Assembly (NCBI GenBank): GCA_043819495.1
Contig: JBDRET010000024.1
Coordinates: 7,177 to 71,176, forward strand
Source of the DNA: Candidatus Woesearchaeota archaeon
Lineage (GTDB): Archaea > Nanobdellota > Nanobdellia > Woesearchaeales > UBA11576
Direction of reading: 5' to 3'
Length of the DNA stretch: 64,000 bases
Shown: one piece after another, positions 1-8,674 of the stretch
Layout: each line of letters begins with the position of its first letter
How positions within the stretch are numbered: the stretch's first letter is position 1
Made by a program: the position numbers and the translations under genes
Notes under the pieces: model-generated
What the model was told of the DNA's origin: nothing
The model's database searches: none
Seen by the model: the letters and a program-made list of their open reading frames with translations, nothing else

Positions 1-152
1 TTTACACCAATCTTTGAGAGGCGTTTCTTCAAGACTTTAGCTGCAAGATACTCATCACCCGGAGGATTGACTGTCTTTGTCCTTATGAGGTCGCATAGAA
101 ATTTAGTGTAGATATCTTTTCTTTGATTGATGAACTCTGATTTGTCTGGCAT
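1..152 (-). CDS. M20 family metallopeptidase (ArgE/DapE-like), N-terminal part, runs off window edge
   Basis: Manual translation MPDKSEFINQRKDIYTKFLCDLIRTKTVNPPGDEYLAAKVLKKRL; the LI...TVNPPGDE motif is typical of M20 N-termini. Confidence 0.65.
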   Translation of the reverse strand, partial: MPDKSEFINQRKDIYTKFLCDLIRTKTVNPPGDEYLAAKVLKKRLSKIGV

Positions 153-200
153 TCCGATAGCCTTCCAGTAATTCACGCTGTAGCTGTACTGCTTGTGATC

Positions 201-782
201 TCAGCGTATCTTATCATTGAGCTTAAGACTCAGGACCAAGTCATCAAGTTTCTTCAGGTCATACTTGACTGAATCGAACTTCTTCCTCAGTTCGCCACCT
301 GCAAAATCGAAAAGCATGAGTTCGTCATAAAGATCAGACACAAGATCCTTCAGCTTGACAGAAGTATCGTACTCTCCTTTGATCGCTGAGTTTATCGCTT
401 TTCGTACCAGCTCTCCAGTAAGATCGATCAGGCCCATCAGATAGAATTCAGGGTCCAGCTTAAGCTGTGTATTGCTAGGTATCTTGTTGTTCTTTGTGAG
501 TTCATAGAAACATAATGCTTCAACATATTCCTGGACCGCTACCTTGTATGAGCCAGAACTCAGGAGTTTAGGGCTCTTTGCATATGATGTGAGCTTCTTG
601 AAGAGTGCAGCCATATCTTTTGTAGCTGCCCCTGCTGACTTCAGGTCATTCCTATGTACAGCATATATGACTGTCTTTGAGAGTTTGATTACCTCACGCG
701 AGGTCTTTATGACAGCATCCCTCTGCTTGTCACAAGCATCAATATCATTCTTTATCCGCTCTAAATCTTTTTTGTCAAGCAT
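201..782 (-). CDS. Translin/TRAX (C3PO) family protein
   Basis: Motifs SREVIKLSK..IYAVHR, QEYVEA, YLMGLIDLTGEL.R, LRKKFD..KY. Confidence 0.85.
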   Translation of the reverse strand: MLDKKDLERIKNDIDACDKQRDAVIKTSREVIKLSKTVIYAVHRNDLKSAGAATKDMAALFKKLTSYAKSPKLLSSGSYKVAVQEYVEALCFYELTKNNKIPSNTQLKLDPEFYLMGLIDLTGELVRKAINSAIKGEYDTSVKLKDLVSDLYDELMLFDFAGGELRKKFDSVKYDLKKLDDLVLSLKLNDKIR

Positions 783-910
783 CGATAACACCAGTTTTTA
801 AAAAGTCGCTGTGCCATTATAAATCTTACGTTTTGGCCCGTAATTCGGCAATGGCATCAAATCTGTCCAACGAAAGATTTATATACTCTATTTCACAATG
901 CAGGACTTAT

Positions 911-1465
911 ATGGACAGTACATTTAGAGGTGTAATCGAATTTTTTGTACGGTTAGGAATCTACGATGTAGTCCTGCCTTTCTTGCTCGTTTTCACTGTA
1001 GTTTTCGCAATAATGGAGAAGACACGCGTGCTTGGAGTTGAAAAGACTGGCAGCGGTGAATTCACGCGAAAGAACCTCAATTCGATGGTCGCGTTTGTAA
1101 TAGCGTTCTTAGTTGTAGCGTCTTCCAGGCTTGTGGCAATAATAAACGAGACAATGGCAAACATGGTTCTCCTGCTCATGTTGAGCGTGTGCTTCCTGAT
1201 ACTTATAGGGAGCTTCATGAAGGAGACAAAAGATGGAGTGTTTCTTGAAGGTAGTTGGGCAAAGTTATTTACAATTATCATGTTCGTCGGATTATTACTT
1301 ATATTCGCAAATGCGCTTGGTTGGCTTGAGCCTTCCTGGCAATATCTGTTACATAATTATGACAGCACTGTCATGGCATCACTCCTGCTTATCGCAGGAA
1401 TGGTCGGTTTCGTGTATTGGATAGTAAAAGATCCAAAAAAAGATGGGTCAGGGTCATCATCATAA
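911..1465 (+). CDS. Polytopic membrane protein, paralog 1 (D.VLPFLLVF family)
   Basis: About 5 hydrophobic segments; GIYDVVLPFLLVFTVVFAIMEKT..LG shared with the next two genes. Confidence 0.8.
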   Translation: MDSTFRGVIEFFVRLGIYDVVLPFLLVFTVVFAIMEKTRVLGVEKTGSGEFTRKNLNSMVAFVIAFLVVASSRLVAIINETMANMVLLLMLSVCFLILIGSFMKETKDGVFLEGSWAKLFTIIMFVGLLLIFANALGWLEPSWQYLLHNYDSTVMASLLLIAGMVGFVYWIVKDPKKDGSGSSS

Positions 1466-1506
1466 AAGTGATGGACTGATTATCATATTCAAAGGAGGTA
1501 AGAAAA

Positions 1507-2133
1507 ATGGCATATCCTTATGGTGGTTACGGAGGCAGTGGCGGTGGTTACTTCGCGAACCTTCTTGGCGTCCTGCAGACCTGGGGTCTTACAGACGTTA
1601 TCCTGCCGTTCATACTTGTGTTTACGATAGTCTTTGCGGTAATGCAGAAAGTAAAACCGCTCGGACCTGCAGATGGCAGGACCAAGCCGTTCAATGTAGT
1701 GATATCATTAGTCATGTCACTTTCAGTAGTCATACCTCACGTCATGGGTTATTATCCTCCTGGAGCTGATGTAGTCAATATCATAAATGCAGCATTGCCG
1801 CAGGTATCAGTAGTGCTTGTCGCAGTCCTCATGGTCTTGTTGATCGTTGGACTCTTCGGCGGCAAGGCAGAATGGGGCGGCCCACTTTCAGGCTGGCTGG
1901 CATTCTTCTCATTCATGCTTGTGATATTCATCTTCGGCAGGGCAGCAGGATGGTTCTATTATCTCCCAAGCTGGTTGTACTGGCTGGACAACCCTGACAC
2001 GCAAGCTATGCTCCTCGTGGTCGCAGTATTCGCGATAATCATCTGGTACATAACCAAGGATGACAGCAAGGAGCAGAAAGGTATGAAGGATTTCGGTGAT
2101 GCCTGGGGCAAGCTCTTTAAGGGCACCAAATAA
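1507..2133 (+). CDS. Polytopic membrane protein, paralog 2
   Basis: SD ggaggt upstream; GLTDVILPFILVFTIVFAVMQK..PLG; about 5 TM segments. Confidence 0.8.
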   Translation: MAYPYGGYGGSGGGYFANLLGVLQTWGLTDVILPFILVFTIVFAVMQKVKPLGPADGRTKPFNVVISLVMSLSVVIPHVMGYYPPGADVVNIINAALPQVSVVLVAVLMVLLIVGLFGGKAEWGGPLSGWLAFFSFMLVIFIFGRAAGWFYYLPSWLYWLDNPDTQAMLLVVAVFAIIIWYITKDDSKEQKGMKDFGDAWGKLFKGTK

Positions 2134-2188
2134 TTTTTTAAATCATATTTCATATCATTTTTTTAATCTACAGTAAAAAGAGGTCAAC

Positions 2189-2761
2189 ATGGCGACATTT
2201 TTAGATATAGGACTTGCAGAACATTTCGCGATAATATTCCCTATACTTCTAGTCTTTGTGATAGTATTTGCACTACTTGAGAAATCTAAGATATTGGGAG
2301 ACAATAAAGGGTTACATTCGCTGATTGCATTATCTATAGCCATAATGATGATCTTTGTCCCGGGTCTTGTCCAGGTCGTGGTCATAATGGCACCTTGGTT
2401 TGTTATACTGTTTTTGTTGGTTACATTCTTCCTGCTGCTGCTCATGTCTTTTGGCACTAAGTGGGATGCGATATCAGGAGTGGCAAATGTCTGGCAGACA
2501 CCACATTGGTTTCTTCTTATCATATCCTTAATAGTATTTATCGGTGCATTAGCACAGGTATATGGTGGGGCTATGCTTCCATTCTCAGACGATGGCAGCG
2601 TGCAGGTGTCTTCAGCAGCTGATACTAACCTCACGACAGATACAGGGAATTTCAACCAGAATGTCGGCAGGGTGATATTCCATCCGAAGACTATTGGCCT
2701 GTTCTTCATGCTTATGGTAGGCGCACTCACGATAAAGCTTCTCGCATCAACTCCGAAGTGA
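2189..2761 (+). CDS. Polytopic membrane protein, paralog 3
   Basis: SD gaggt upstream; IIFPILLVFVIVFALLEKSKILG; about 5 TM segments. Confidence 0.8.
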   Translation: MATFLDIGLAEHFAIIFPILLVFVIVFALLEKSKILGDNKGLHSLIALSIAIMMIFVPGLVQVVVIMAPWFVILFLLVTFFLLLLMSFGTKWDAISGVANVWQTPHWFLLIISLIVFIGALAQVYGGAMLPFSDDGSVQVSSAADTNLTTDTGNFNQNVGRVIFHPKTIGLFFMLMVGALTIKLLASTPK

Positions 2762-2851
2762 ACTGTATAGTCCTGGTAGGTCTTTCTTGAAACTTTTAAG
2801 AAATAGCTAAACAAATACAAAATATCAATAAAATATTATTTCTATTGATAA

Positions 2852-3472
2852 TTAATGCTTAGAAGGCGCATGTGCTTTCATGCTGTCAGTTATCCTTGAG
2901 AGCTCTGAGATATTCTCTATGAAGCCTGGCAGCACCTTCTGGAACACTTTCTCCAGTGCCTTGACCTCAGTGCCCACATCACCAATGTGTTTGTCATATT
3001 CCCCTACACGCTCAAGAATGCCTTGGTGCATCTTATCAAAGTCATCCTTCATCGCCTTCATCAAGGTCTCAAGCTGTATCAATCTTGTCTCGGTCTTATC
3101 CTTCCATTCTATTATTCGGTTGATGTTCTCCATCAAGTCATTCCATTTCTCTTCGATGATCGCTTCTGCAATCTCTTCGATACGCTCATTGCTACCGCTT
3201 GAGTCCATCATCGCAAGCTCTTCACCTGCGACAGGAGCGCCTGGATAGCCTCCTTGAGCTGACATGTCTGGAGGAAGATTCGGATCTGCCATATTACCAC
3301 CTGCGCCGTTAAACGGCATCTTTGTTTGCATCCTCATATCTGCCTGGTTCATGGCATCCAAGACCTGATTTGTATTGTACCCTTGTCTCTGTAGTGCTGT
3401 CACAATCTGATTATTTGAGAGGCCCTGTTGCCTCATGCTCAGAACAGCTTCTGTAGGGGTATCTTCTGGCAT
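2852..3472 (-). CDS. Coiled-coil protein with N-terminal helical (HTH-like) domain
   Basis: VLSMRQQGLSNNQIVTALQRQGY N-terminus, Pro/Gly linker, long heptad C-terminus; start placed at MPEDTP. Confidence 0.7.
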   Translation of the reverse strand: MPEDTPTEAVLSMRQQGLSNNQIVTALQRQGYNTNQVLDAMNQADMRMQTKMPFNGAGGNMADPNLPPDMSAQGGYPGAPVAGEELAMMDSSGSNERIEEIAEAIIEEKWNDLMENINRIIEWKDKTETRLIQLETLMKAMKDDFDKMHQGILERVGEYDKHIGDVGTEVKALEKVFQKVLPGFIENISELSRITDSMKAHAPSKH

Positions 3473-3638
3473 ATTAATCCTCGAACCAAGCAATATGTCT
3501 ATCAAGGGTAATGCTGTTTTTAAAGGTTTCGTTAGGCCCGGGTGCATCAAGCAGGTTTTTTTCGTATCTGTTTCGTATCTGTTTCGACGAAAAAACATTT
3601 AAATACTCAGAGCCATAATACATTAAGCAGAGGCGAAG

Positions 3639-4991
3639 ATGTCGGACGAGAAAAAAGAGCAGCAAAAAGAGGAAGACTTACCCATAGTAATAGGCAGAAG
3701 CCCTGCTGATGTGAAAAAGTACGGCAAGAAGGGCGCGATACTTCTTGGAAGACAATATGTGGAGAAGCTTGACAAGCTGTTCATGGATAAGACGGTGTAT
3801 ATGGATGTTGCAGGAGCGCATGTCATCCTCATATGCGGAAAGAGAGGTGGCGGAAAGTCTTATACCATGGGAGTGATAGCAGAAGGGCTTTCCATGCTTG
3901 AACCTGAGGTCCAACAGAACCTCAGCATAATACTTCTTGATACGATGGGAATCTATTGGACGATGGGGCATGCAAACAAGAAAGAGAAAGATCTCCTCGC
4001 ACCATATGGGATAACCCCACACCCTGTAGAGCTGAAGATATTCACTCCTGAAAAATTCTATTATGAATACAAGAAGAAAGGTATCAGGACTGATGAGCCG
4101 TTCTCGCTTGAGCCGCACATGATAACAGGAGATGACTGGTGTGTAGCGTTCAAGCAGGACAAGTATTCTCCAAATGGGCTGTACATACAGAAGATCATGG
4201 AAGAGGTCTCAGAGAAGAATGAAAAATACCAGATGAAAGATATCTTTGCTTATATCTCGGCAGATAAAGAGACTGATAACCAGGTAATCTCGGCAATAAA
4301 AAGCATGTTCACTACAGCTGAAGGATGGGGAGTGTTCTCAGAGAAAGGGACTCCCATAGAAGATCTTGCCAAAGGCGGGCAGATAACTGTACTTGATGTG
4401 AGCTGTTATGCTACCATGCCAGGAGGATGGGATGTCAAAGCGCTGGTGGTCGGGATCGTGTCAAAACACCTATTTCTCACAAGGATGGCATTCCGAAAAG
4501 AGGAAGAGCTGTCATCAATAAAATATCTTGAGGATTACTTCACAGACAAGACATCTGATGATGCGCAGAAACAGGATATGCCATTGGTTTGGCTGGTCAT
4601 CGACGAAGCACATGAGTTCCTGCCTAAAGATGAGAATGACGTGAATGCCGCGACAGAACCTCTCAAGATAATAATGAGAGAAGGAAGACAACCAGGAATA
4701 TCACTTATTGTCGCTACACAGCAACCTGGAAAGATACATACTGATGTCATGACGCAATGTGATACGGTGCTCTCGCATAGGATAACTGCGCGGCTTGATG
4801 TCCAGGCATTAGGCCTTCTTGCACAGAGTTATATGGAGCATGGGATCGAGCGCGCGATGAATGACCTTCCCACAATGAAAGGTACTGCAGTCGTCTTTGA
4901 TGATCTCAATGAGAAGATAATGATGATAAGGGTACGTCCGCGGTTCACATGGCACGGTGGCGCAAGCCCGTCCGCAATAAAAGACGACTAG
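3639..4991 (+). CDS. HerA/FtsK/VirB4-superfamily ATPase
   Basis: Walker A GKRGGGKS, Walker B VIDEAH, REGRQPG and ATQQP motifs. Confidence 0.85.
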   Translation: MSDEKKEQQKEEDLPIVIGRSPADVKKYGKKGAILLGRQYVEKLDKLFMDKTVYMDVAGAHVILICGKRGGGKSYTMGVIAEGLSMLEPEVQQNLSIILLDTMGIYWTMGHANKKEKDLLAPYGITPHPVELKIFTPEKFYYEYKKKGIRTDEPFSLEPHMITGDDWCVAFKQDKYSPNGLYIQKIMEEVSEKNEKYQMKDIFAYISADKETDNQVISAIKSMFTTAEGWGVFSEKGTPIEDLAKGGQITVLDVSCYATMPGGWDVKALVVGIVSKHLFLTRMAFRKEEELSSIKYLEDYFTDKTSDDAQKQDMPLVWLVIDEAHEFLPKDENDVNAATEPLKIIMREGRQPGISLIVATQQPGKIHTDVMTQCDTVLSHRITARLDVQALGLLAQSYMEHGIERAMNDLPTMKGTAVVFDDLNEKIMMIRVRPRFTWHGGASPSAIKDD

Positions 4992-5072
4992 TCAATCACT
5001 GGCCTTGTCGGTCAGTCTATCATCAGGACCAGAATCTATTGAACCAGAAATCTACTCTACTGAAACAGAACT

Positions 5073-5633
5073 CTATTGATTAAGCTTAAGGTCGCGTAAT
5101 ACCAGCTGGATCTGCTCTTTGATATATTTCTCTTCCTGAAGACGGATGTTGAGGTCCTTGAACTGTGCATCCACCTGTTCTGCAATCATCTTGGTCACGG
5201 TATCGCGGGTCACGAAGTTTATCGGTTCCCAAATATTGATGTATTTCTGGAGCACATCAACATCCTGCCTTTTTGCGCATTCCTTGAGCTCGCGCACTAT
5301 GATCTTCATCTTCTCTATGATGTCGTCAAGCTGTTTCTTAAAATCATCTAGCTGTGAATGCATGGTCTGGATCTCAGTCATGATCTTCTTGTTGCTGTTG
5401 AGCATGTTCTGGTCAGTCACTTGGGTCTTCTTCCGAAGGTTAGTATACCGTTCTTCTATGACCATCATCCTTCGGCCTAGATTATTGACCTCACCAGCTA
5501 TATCAGAAACAGATTTAGACAGGTCAGCACCAGGCTTAGGCTTGGGTGCAAACAGGCCTCCAGAAGGTTTAGGCGGGGCTGCCGCTTGCAAAGACGCTCC
5601 AACTCCTGGGGGTACAGACATCTGATCAGCCAT
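5073..5633 (-). CDS. Coiled-coil protein with Pro-rich N-terminus
   Basis: SD gaaggtga upstream of MADQMS; heptad pattern over about 120 aa. Confidence 0.7.
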   Translation of the reverse strand: MADQMSVPPGVGASLQAAAPPKPSGGLFAPKPKPGADLSKSVSDIAGEVNNLGRRMMVIEERYTNLRKKTQVTDQNMLNSNKKIMTEIQTMHSQLDDFKKQLDDIIEKMKIIVRELKECAKRQDVDVLQKYINIWEPINFVTRDTVTKMIAEQVDAQFKDLNIRLQEEKYIKEQIQLVLRDLKLNQ

Positions 5634-5920
5634 TTTTAAACATTCACCTTCATTTCCTGATATGTATTCAGTTGTTTGCTCGCCAGAGCAACAAGCTGTA
5701 TGCTGGCGATATAAATGTATCAAAACCTTTATTAAATCAGACCGGGTCTGATACTTGCTATCTATATAGTCTTAATATGTAGTATTAAGCCAATACTATT
5801 ATAATAAAGTTTGTGTGAGTATGTTTTAGTGGTGTAGCCGCAGTGTAGCTTTCAGTGCTGTAGCAATCAAGGCATCCTGCTAAGGCTGCCTGTCCCAATA
5901 TAAGAAAATGGTGAATCTGT

Positions 5921-8251
5921 ATGATGTTCCATGCCAACAAACCCCTATATTCCTATGAGGTAGTGCGTGAGGGAGAGGATAATGTCCTTCGTGTAAATTA
6001 CGAAGGTGCTCCTGTGGTCCCTTCTATGGAGAACAATCCTATTGTCATGTCAAGGGTCTGTGATAACCTTATCGAATCAAAGAATGCGACCAAGATAATA
6101 TTCACCCAGAAACGGGAATATGAGTATGATTATAATCAGACACTCCTGATCAAGGAGATTGCAGAGGTGTACGACAAGCTGTCCAAGCAGAAGGACATGT
6201 TCACCCTGACTGCACTTCAGGTGGATGAATCATCCAAGAGATTCGCCAATAGATGGTATACTGAGGTACAGACACTCATCTTCCAGACATTGAGGGCTGA
6301 CCCGATAGGGATGTATGTTGACCTCAAGAGAAAAGCGAGAGAAGAGAAGGTCAACTTCATCAAGATTGTCGACGAGAAGATAAAGCCCGGCATAAGCAAT
6401 TACATCAAGCTGCTGACATATGTCATAAATGTCATGGAGAAGACACGTCTGATTACCGTCGCAAAACCTTTCCTTTCCGGTTACCATATAGGTGACAGGG
6501 AGATCTACAGTAATTTCTTCCATCCCATGATAAAGCCTGACTTCATGTGGACAAAGCTCATGGCGAATTATCCTCCTGATGGGGAAGAGATGGACAGTTA
6601 CGTAATAGGTGATGATACAGAGATAGTGATATTCAGGTTGCAGGATTCTGTACAGTACATATATCACATGACCCCTCCAGAATTCAAGCTATCAGAGGAT
6701 AAATATGAACTTCTTGACATGGCACGTAACATCCTTGCCGAGCACAAGCCGAGCAAGCAGGAATTCACTGATCCTGAAAGGATGAGAGAGGTCTTCACCA
6801 ATGTAGGCAAGGATCTCATGGCTGAGCTTGTCGCATACAAGAATATGGAGATGTCACAGAGTGAGATAGAGAAGCTTGCCAATATTCTCGTCAGGTATAC
6901 CGTAGGTTTCGGTCTGGTCGAGGTCCTGCTTCAGGATGATAAGATCCAGGACATATCAGTGAACAGCCCGCAAGGCAGGCTCCCTATATTTGTCGTCCAT
7001 GCGGATGCTGCTGATTGTGTCACTAATGTCATCCCGACGAAGACAGAGGCAGAGAGCTGGGCAACAAAACTAAGGATGATATCAGGCAGACCTCTTGATG
7101 AGGCAAATGTAATCCTTGATACTGAACTTGAGATGCCGGGAGCATCCATAAGGGTGTCTACGATAACCCAGCCGCTCAACCCATCAGGACTCGCATTCTC
7201 GTTCAGAAGGCATAGGGACAAGCCATGGACGCTGCCGCTTTTCATGAAATACAAGATGATCAGCCCTCTTGCAGCAGGACTTCTCAGTTTTCTTGTGGAT
7301 GGTACAAGGAGCATGATGGTGTGCGGTACCAGGTCAAGCGGAAAGTCTGCTTTCTTATCTTCCCTTCTCATAGAGATCATGCGTAGATACAGGATAATAA
7401 CTGTAGAGGATACTCTGGAGCTTCCTACAACATCAATGCGTCGACTGGGATTCAACGTGCAGCCGATGAAGGTAGCGAGCGCACTTGCAAAAGGGAGCAG
7501 TGAGATGAGTGCAGAAGACGGCATAAGGAGCACGTTAAGGTTGGGTGACAGCGCGTTGATAGTCGGTGAAGTAAGGAGCAGTGAAGCCAAAGCACTATAC
7601 GAAGCTATGCGAGTAGGTGCTGCAGCTAACGTCGTTGCAGGAACTATCCATGCTGACAGCCCTTTTGGTCTTTTTGATAGGGTAGTCAATGACATAGGCA
7701 TCCCGAAGACCAGCTTTAAGGCGACTGATATAGTGATAATCGCGACCCCTATAAAATCCGCAGATGGCCTTCACAGGGTCAGGAGGGTGACACAGATAAC
7801 TGAGATCCGAAAGAGCTGGCAGGAAGATCCGATGCTCGAACACGGATTTGTCGACCTGATGAAATATGATGCAAAGACAGACAGTCTTGAGCCGACCGAT
7901 GAATTGCTCGACGGTGATGCAGAGGTCCTCAAGGCAATCGCCGCAAACATACCTGACTTCGCAGGCAATTGGGATGCTGTATGGGATAATATAGTCCTGC
8001 GAGGGGAACTCAAAGAGATATTGTTGAATAAAGCGATAGAACTTGATGATATGGACATGCTAGAAGCACCATTTGTCATAAAATCCAATGATAAGTTCCA
8101 TCTGCTTGTAGAAGAGGTCAAGAAAGACACAGGGACACAGGATAACAAAGAGCTGAAGCGACGATGGGAGAACTGGTTTGACCGTGAACTGAAGAAAAGA
8201 AAACTTAATAAAGGCAAAACCGACTTCAATCCGTATGGATTGAGCTATTGA
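5921..8251 (+). CDS. Type II/IV secretion ATPase (VirB11/CpaF/FlaI family) with long N-terminal extension
   Basis: Walker A GTRSSGKS, Asp box TVEDTLEL, Walker B IVGEVR, His box GTIHADS. Confidence 0.9.
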   Translation: MMFHANKPLYSYEVVREGEDNVLRVNYEGAPVVPSMENNPIVMSRVCDNLIESKNATKIIFTQKREYEYDYNQTLLIKEIAEVYDKLSKQKDMFTLTALQVDESSKRFANRWYTEVQTLIFQTLRADPIGMYVDLKRKAREEKVNFIKIVDEKIKPGISNYIKLLTYVINVMEKTRLITVAKPFLSGYHIGDREIYSNFFHPMIKPDFMWTKLMANYPPDGEEMDSYVIGDDTEIVIFRLQDSVQYIYHMTPPEFKLSEDKYELLDMARNILAEHKPSKQEFTDPERMREVFTNVGKDLMAELVAYKNMEMSQSEIEKLANILVRYTVGFGLVEVLLQDDKIQDISVNSPQGRLPIFVVHADAADCVTNVIPTKTEAESWATKLRMISGRPLDEANVILDTELEMPGASIRVSTITQPLNPSGLAFSFRRHRDKPWTLPLFMKYKMISPLAAGLLSFLVDGTRSMMVCGTRSSGKSAFLSSLLIEIMRRYRIITVEDTLELPTTSMRRLGFNVQPMKVASALAKGSSEMSAEDGIRSTLRLGDSALIVGEVRSSEAKALYEAMRVGAAANVVAGTIHADSPFGLFDRVVNDIGIPKTSFKATDIVIIATPIKSADGLHRVRRVTQITEIRKSWQEDPMLEHGFVDLMKYDAKTDSLEPTDELLDGDAEVLKAIAANIPDFAGNWDAVWDNIVLRGELKEILLNKAIELDDMDMLEAPFVIKSNDKFHLLVEEVKKDTGTQDNKELKRRWENWFDRELKKRKLNKGKTDFNPYGLSY

Positions 8252-8287
8252 TCTTCCGATCCATTGTTGATAAAAAGAGGCATCAAT

Positions 8288-8671
8288 ATGGCAGTACCGA
8301 CAGCACAGGCACCACAGAATTATTATTCCAAATCACCTCCAGGTGCAAGACCTGGACCTTCTTACGCCAAACAGATGCCTGTAAGTCCTGGCGCTGCACG
8401 TAGCCCTTCTCAGAACACTGGAACTGCAACTCCTCAGCAGAGTGTCAAGAAAGAGTTTGATATAAATCTCTATTTCAAGGCAGTAGGATTGTTCTTCAAT
8501 GATTTCTTCGGAAAGAAAATGCCTTACTTCTTCCAGAATATGGGGCCTGTGATGCAGAATGCGCCTAACTGGTGGAACAAGCTCCCTCAGGATGAACAGA
8601 TATCATATGGTGTTATGGTATTTGGAGGATTCCTTTTTGTTGCAGGGATAGTGCTTTTTGTAGTGCTGTGA
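8288..8671 (+). CDS. Small protein with Pro-rich N-terminus and C-terminal membrane anchor
   Basis: SD gagg upstream; C-terminal YGVMVFGGFLFVAGIVLFVVL. Confidence 0.65.
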   Translation: MAVPTAQAPQNYYSKSPPGARPGPSYAKQMPVSPGAARSPSQNTGTATPQQSVKKEFDINLYFKAVGLFFNDFFGKKMPYFFQNMGPVMQNAPNWWNKLPQDEQISYGVMVFGGFLFVAGIVLFVVL

Positions 8672-8674
8672 TGA

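Noticed and set aside
5019..5080. Degenerate accagaa-tctattga repeats between convergent genes
   Set aside because: Three short imperfect units, consistent with local slippage.
3639..8251. Archaellum operon or HerA-NurA repair operon
   Set aside because: No archaellin, FlaH or FlaJ, and no nurA, mre11 or rad50 nearby.
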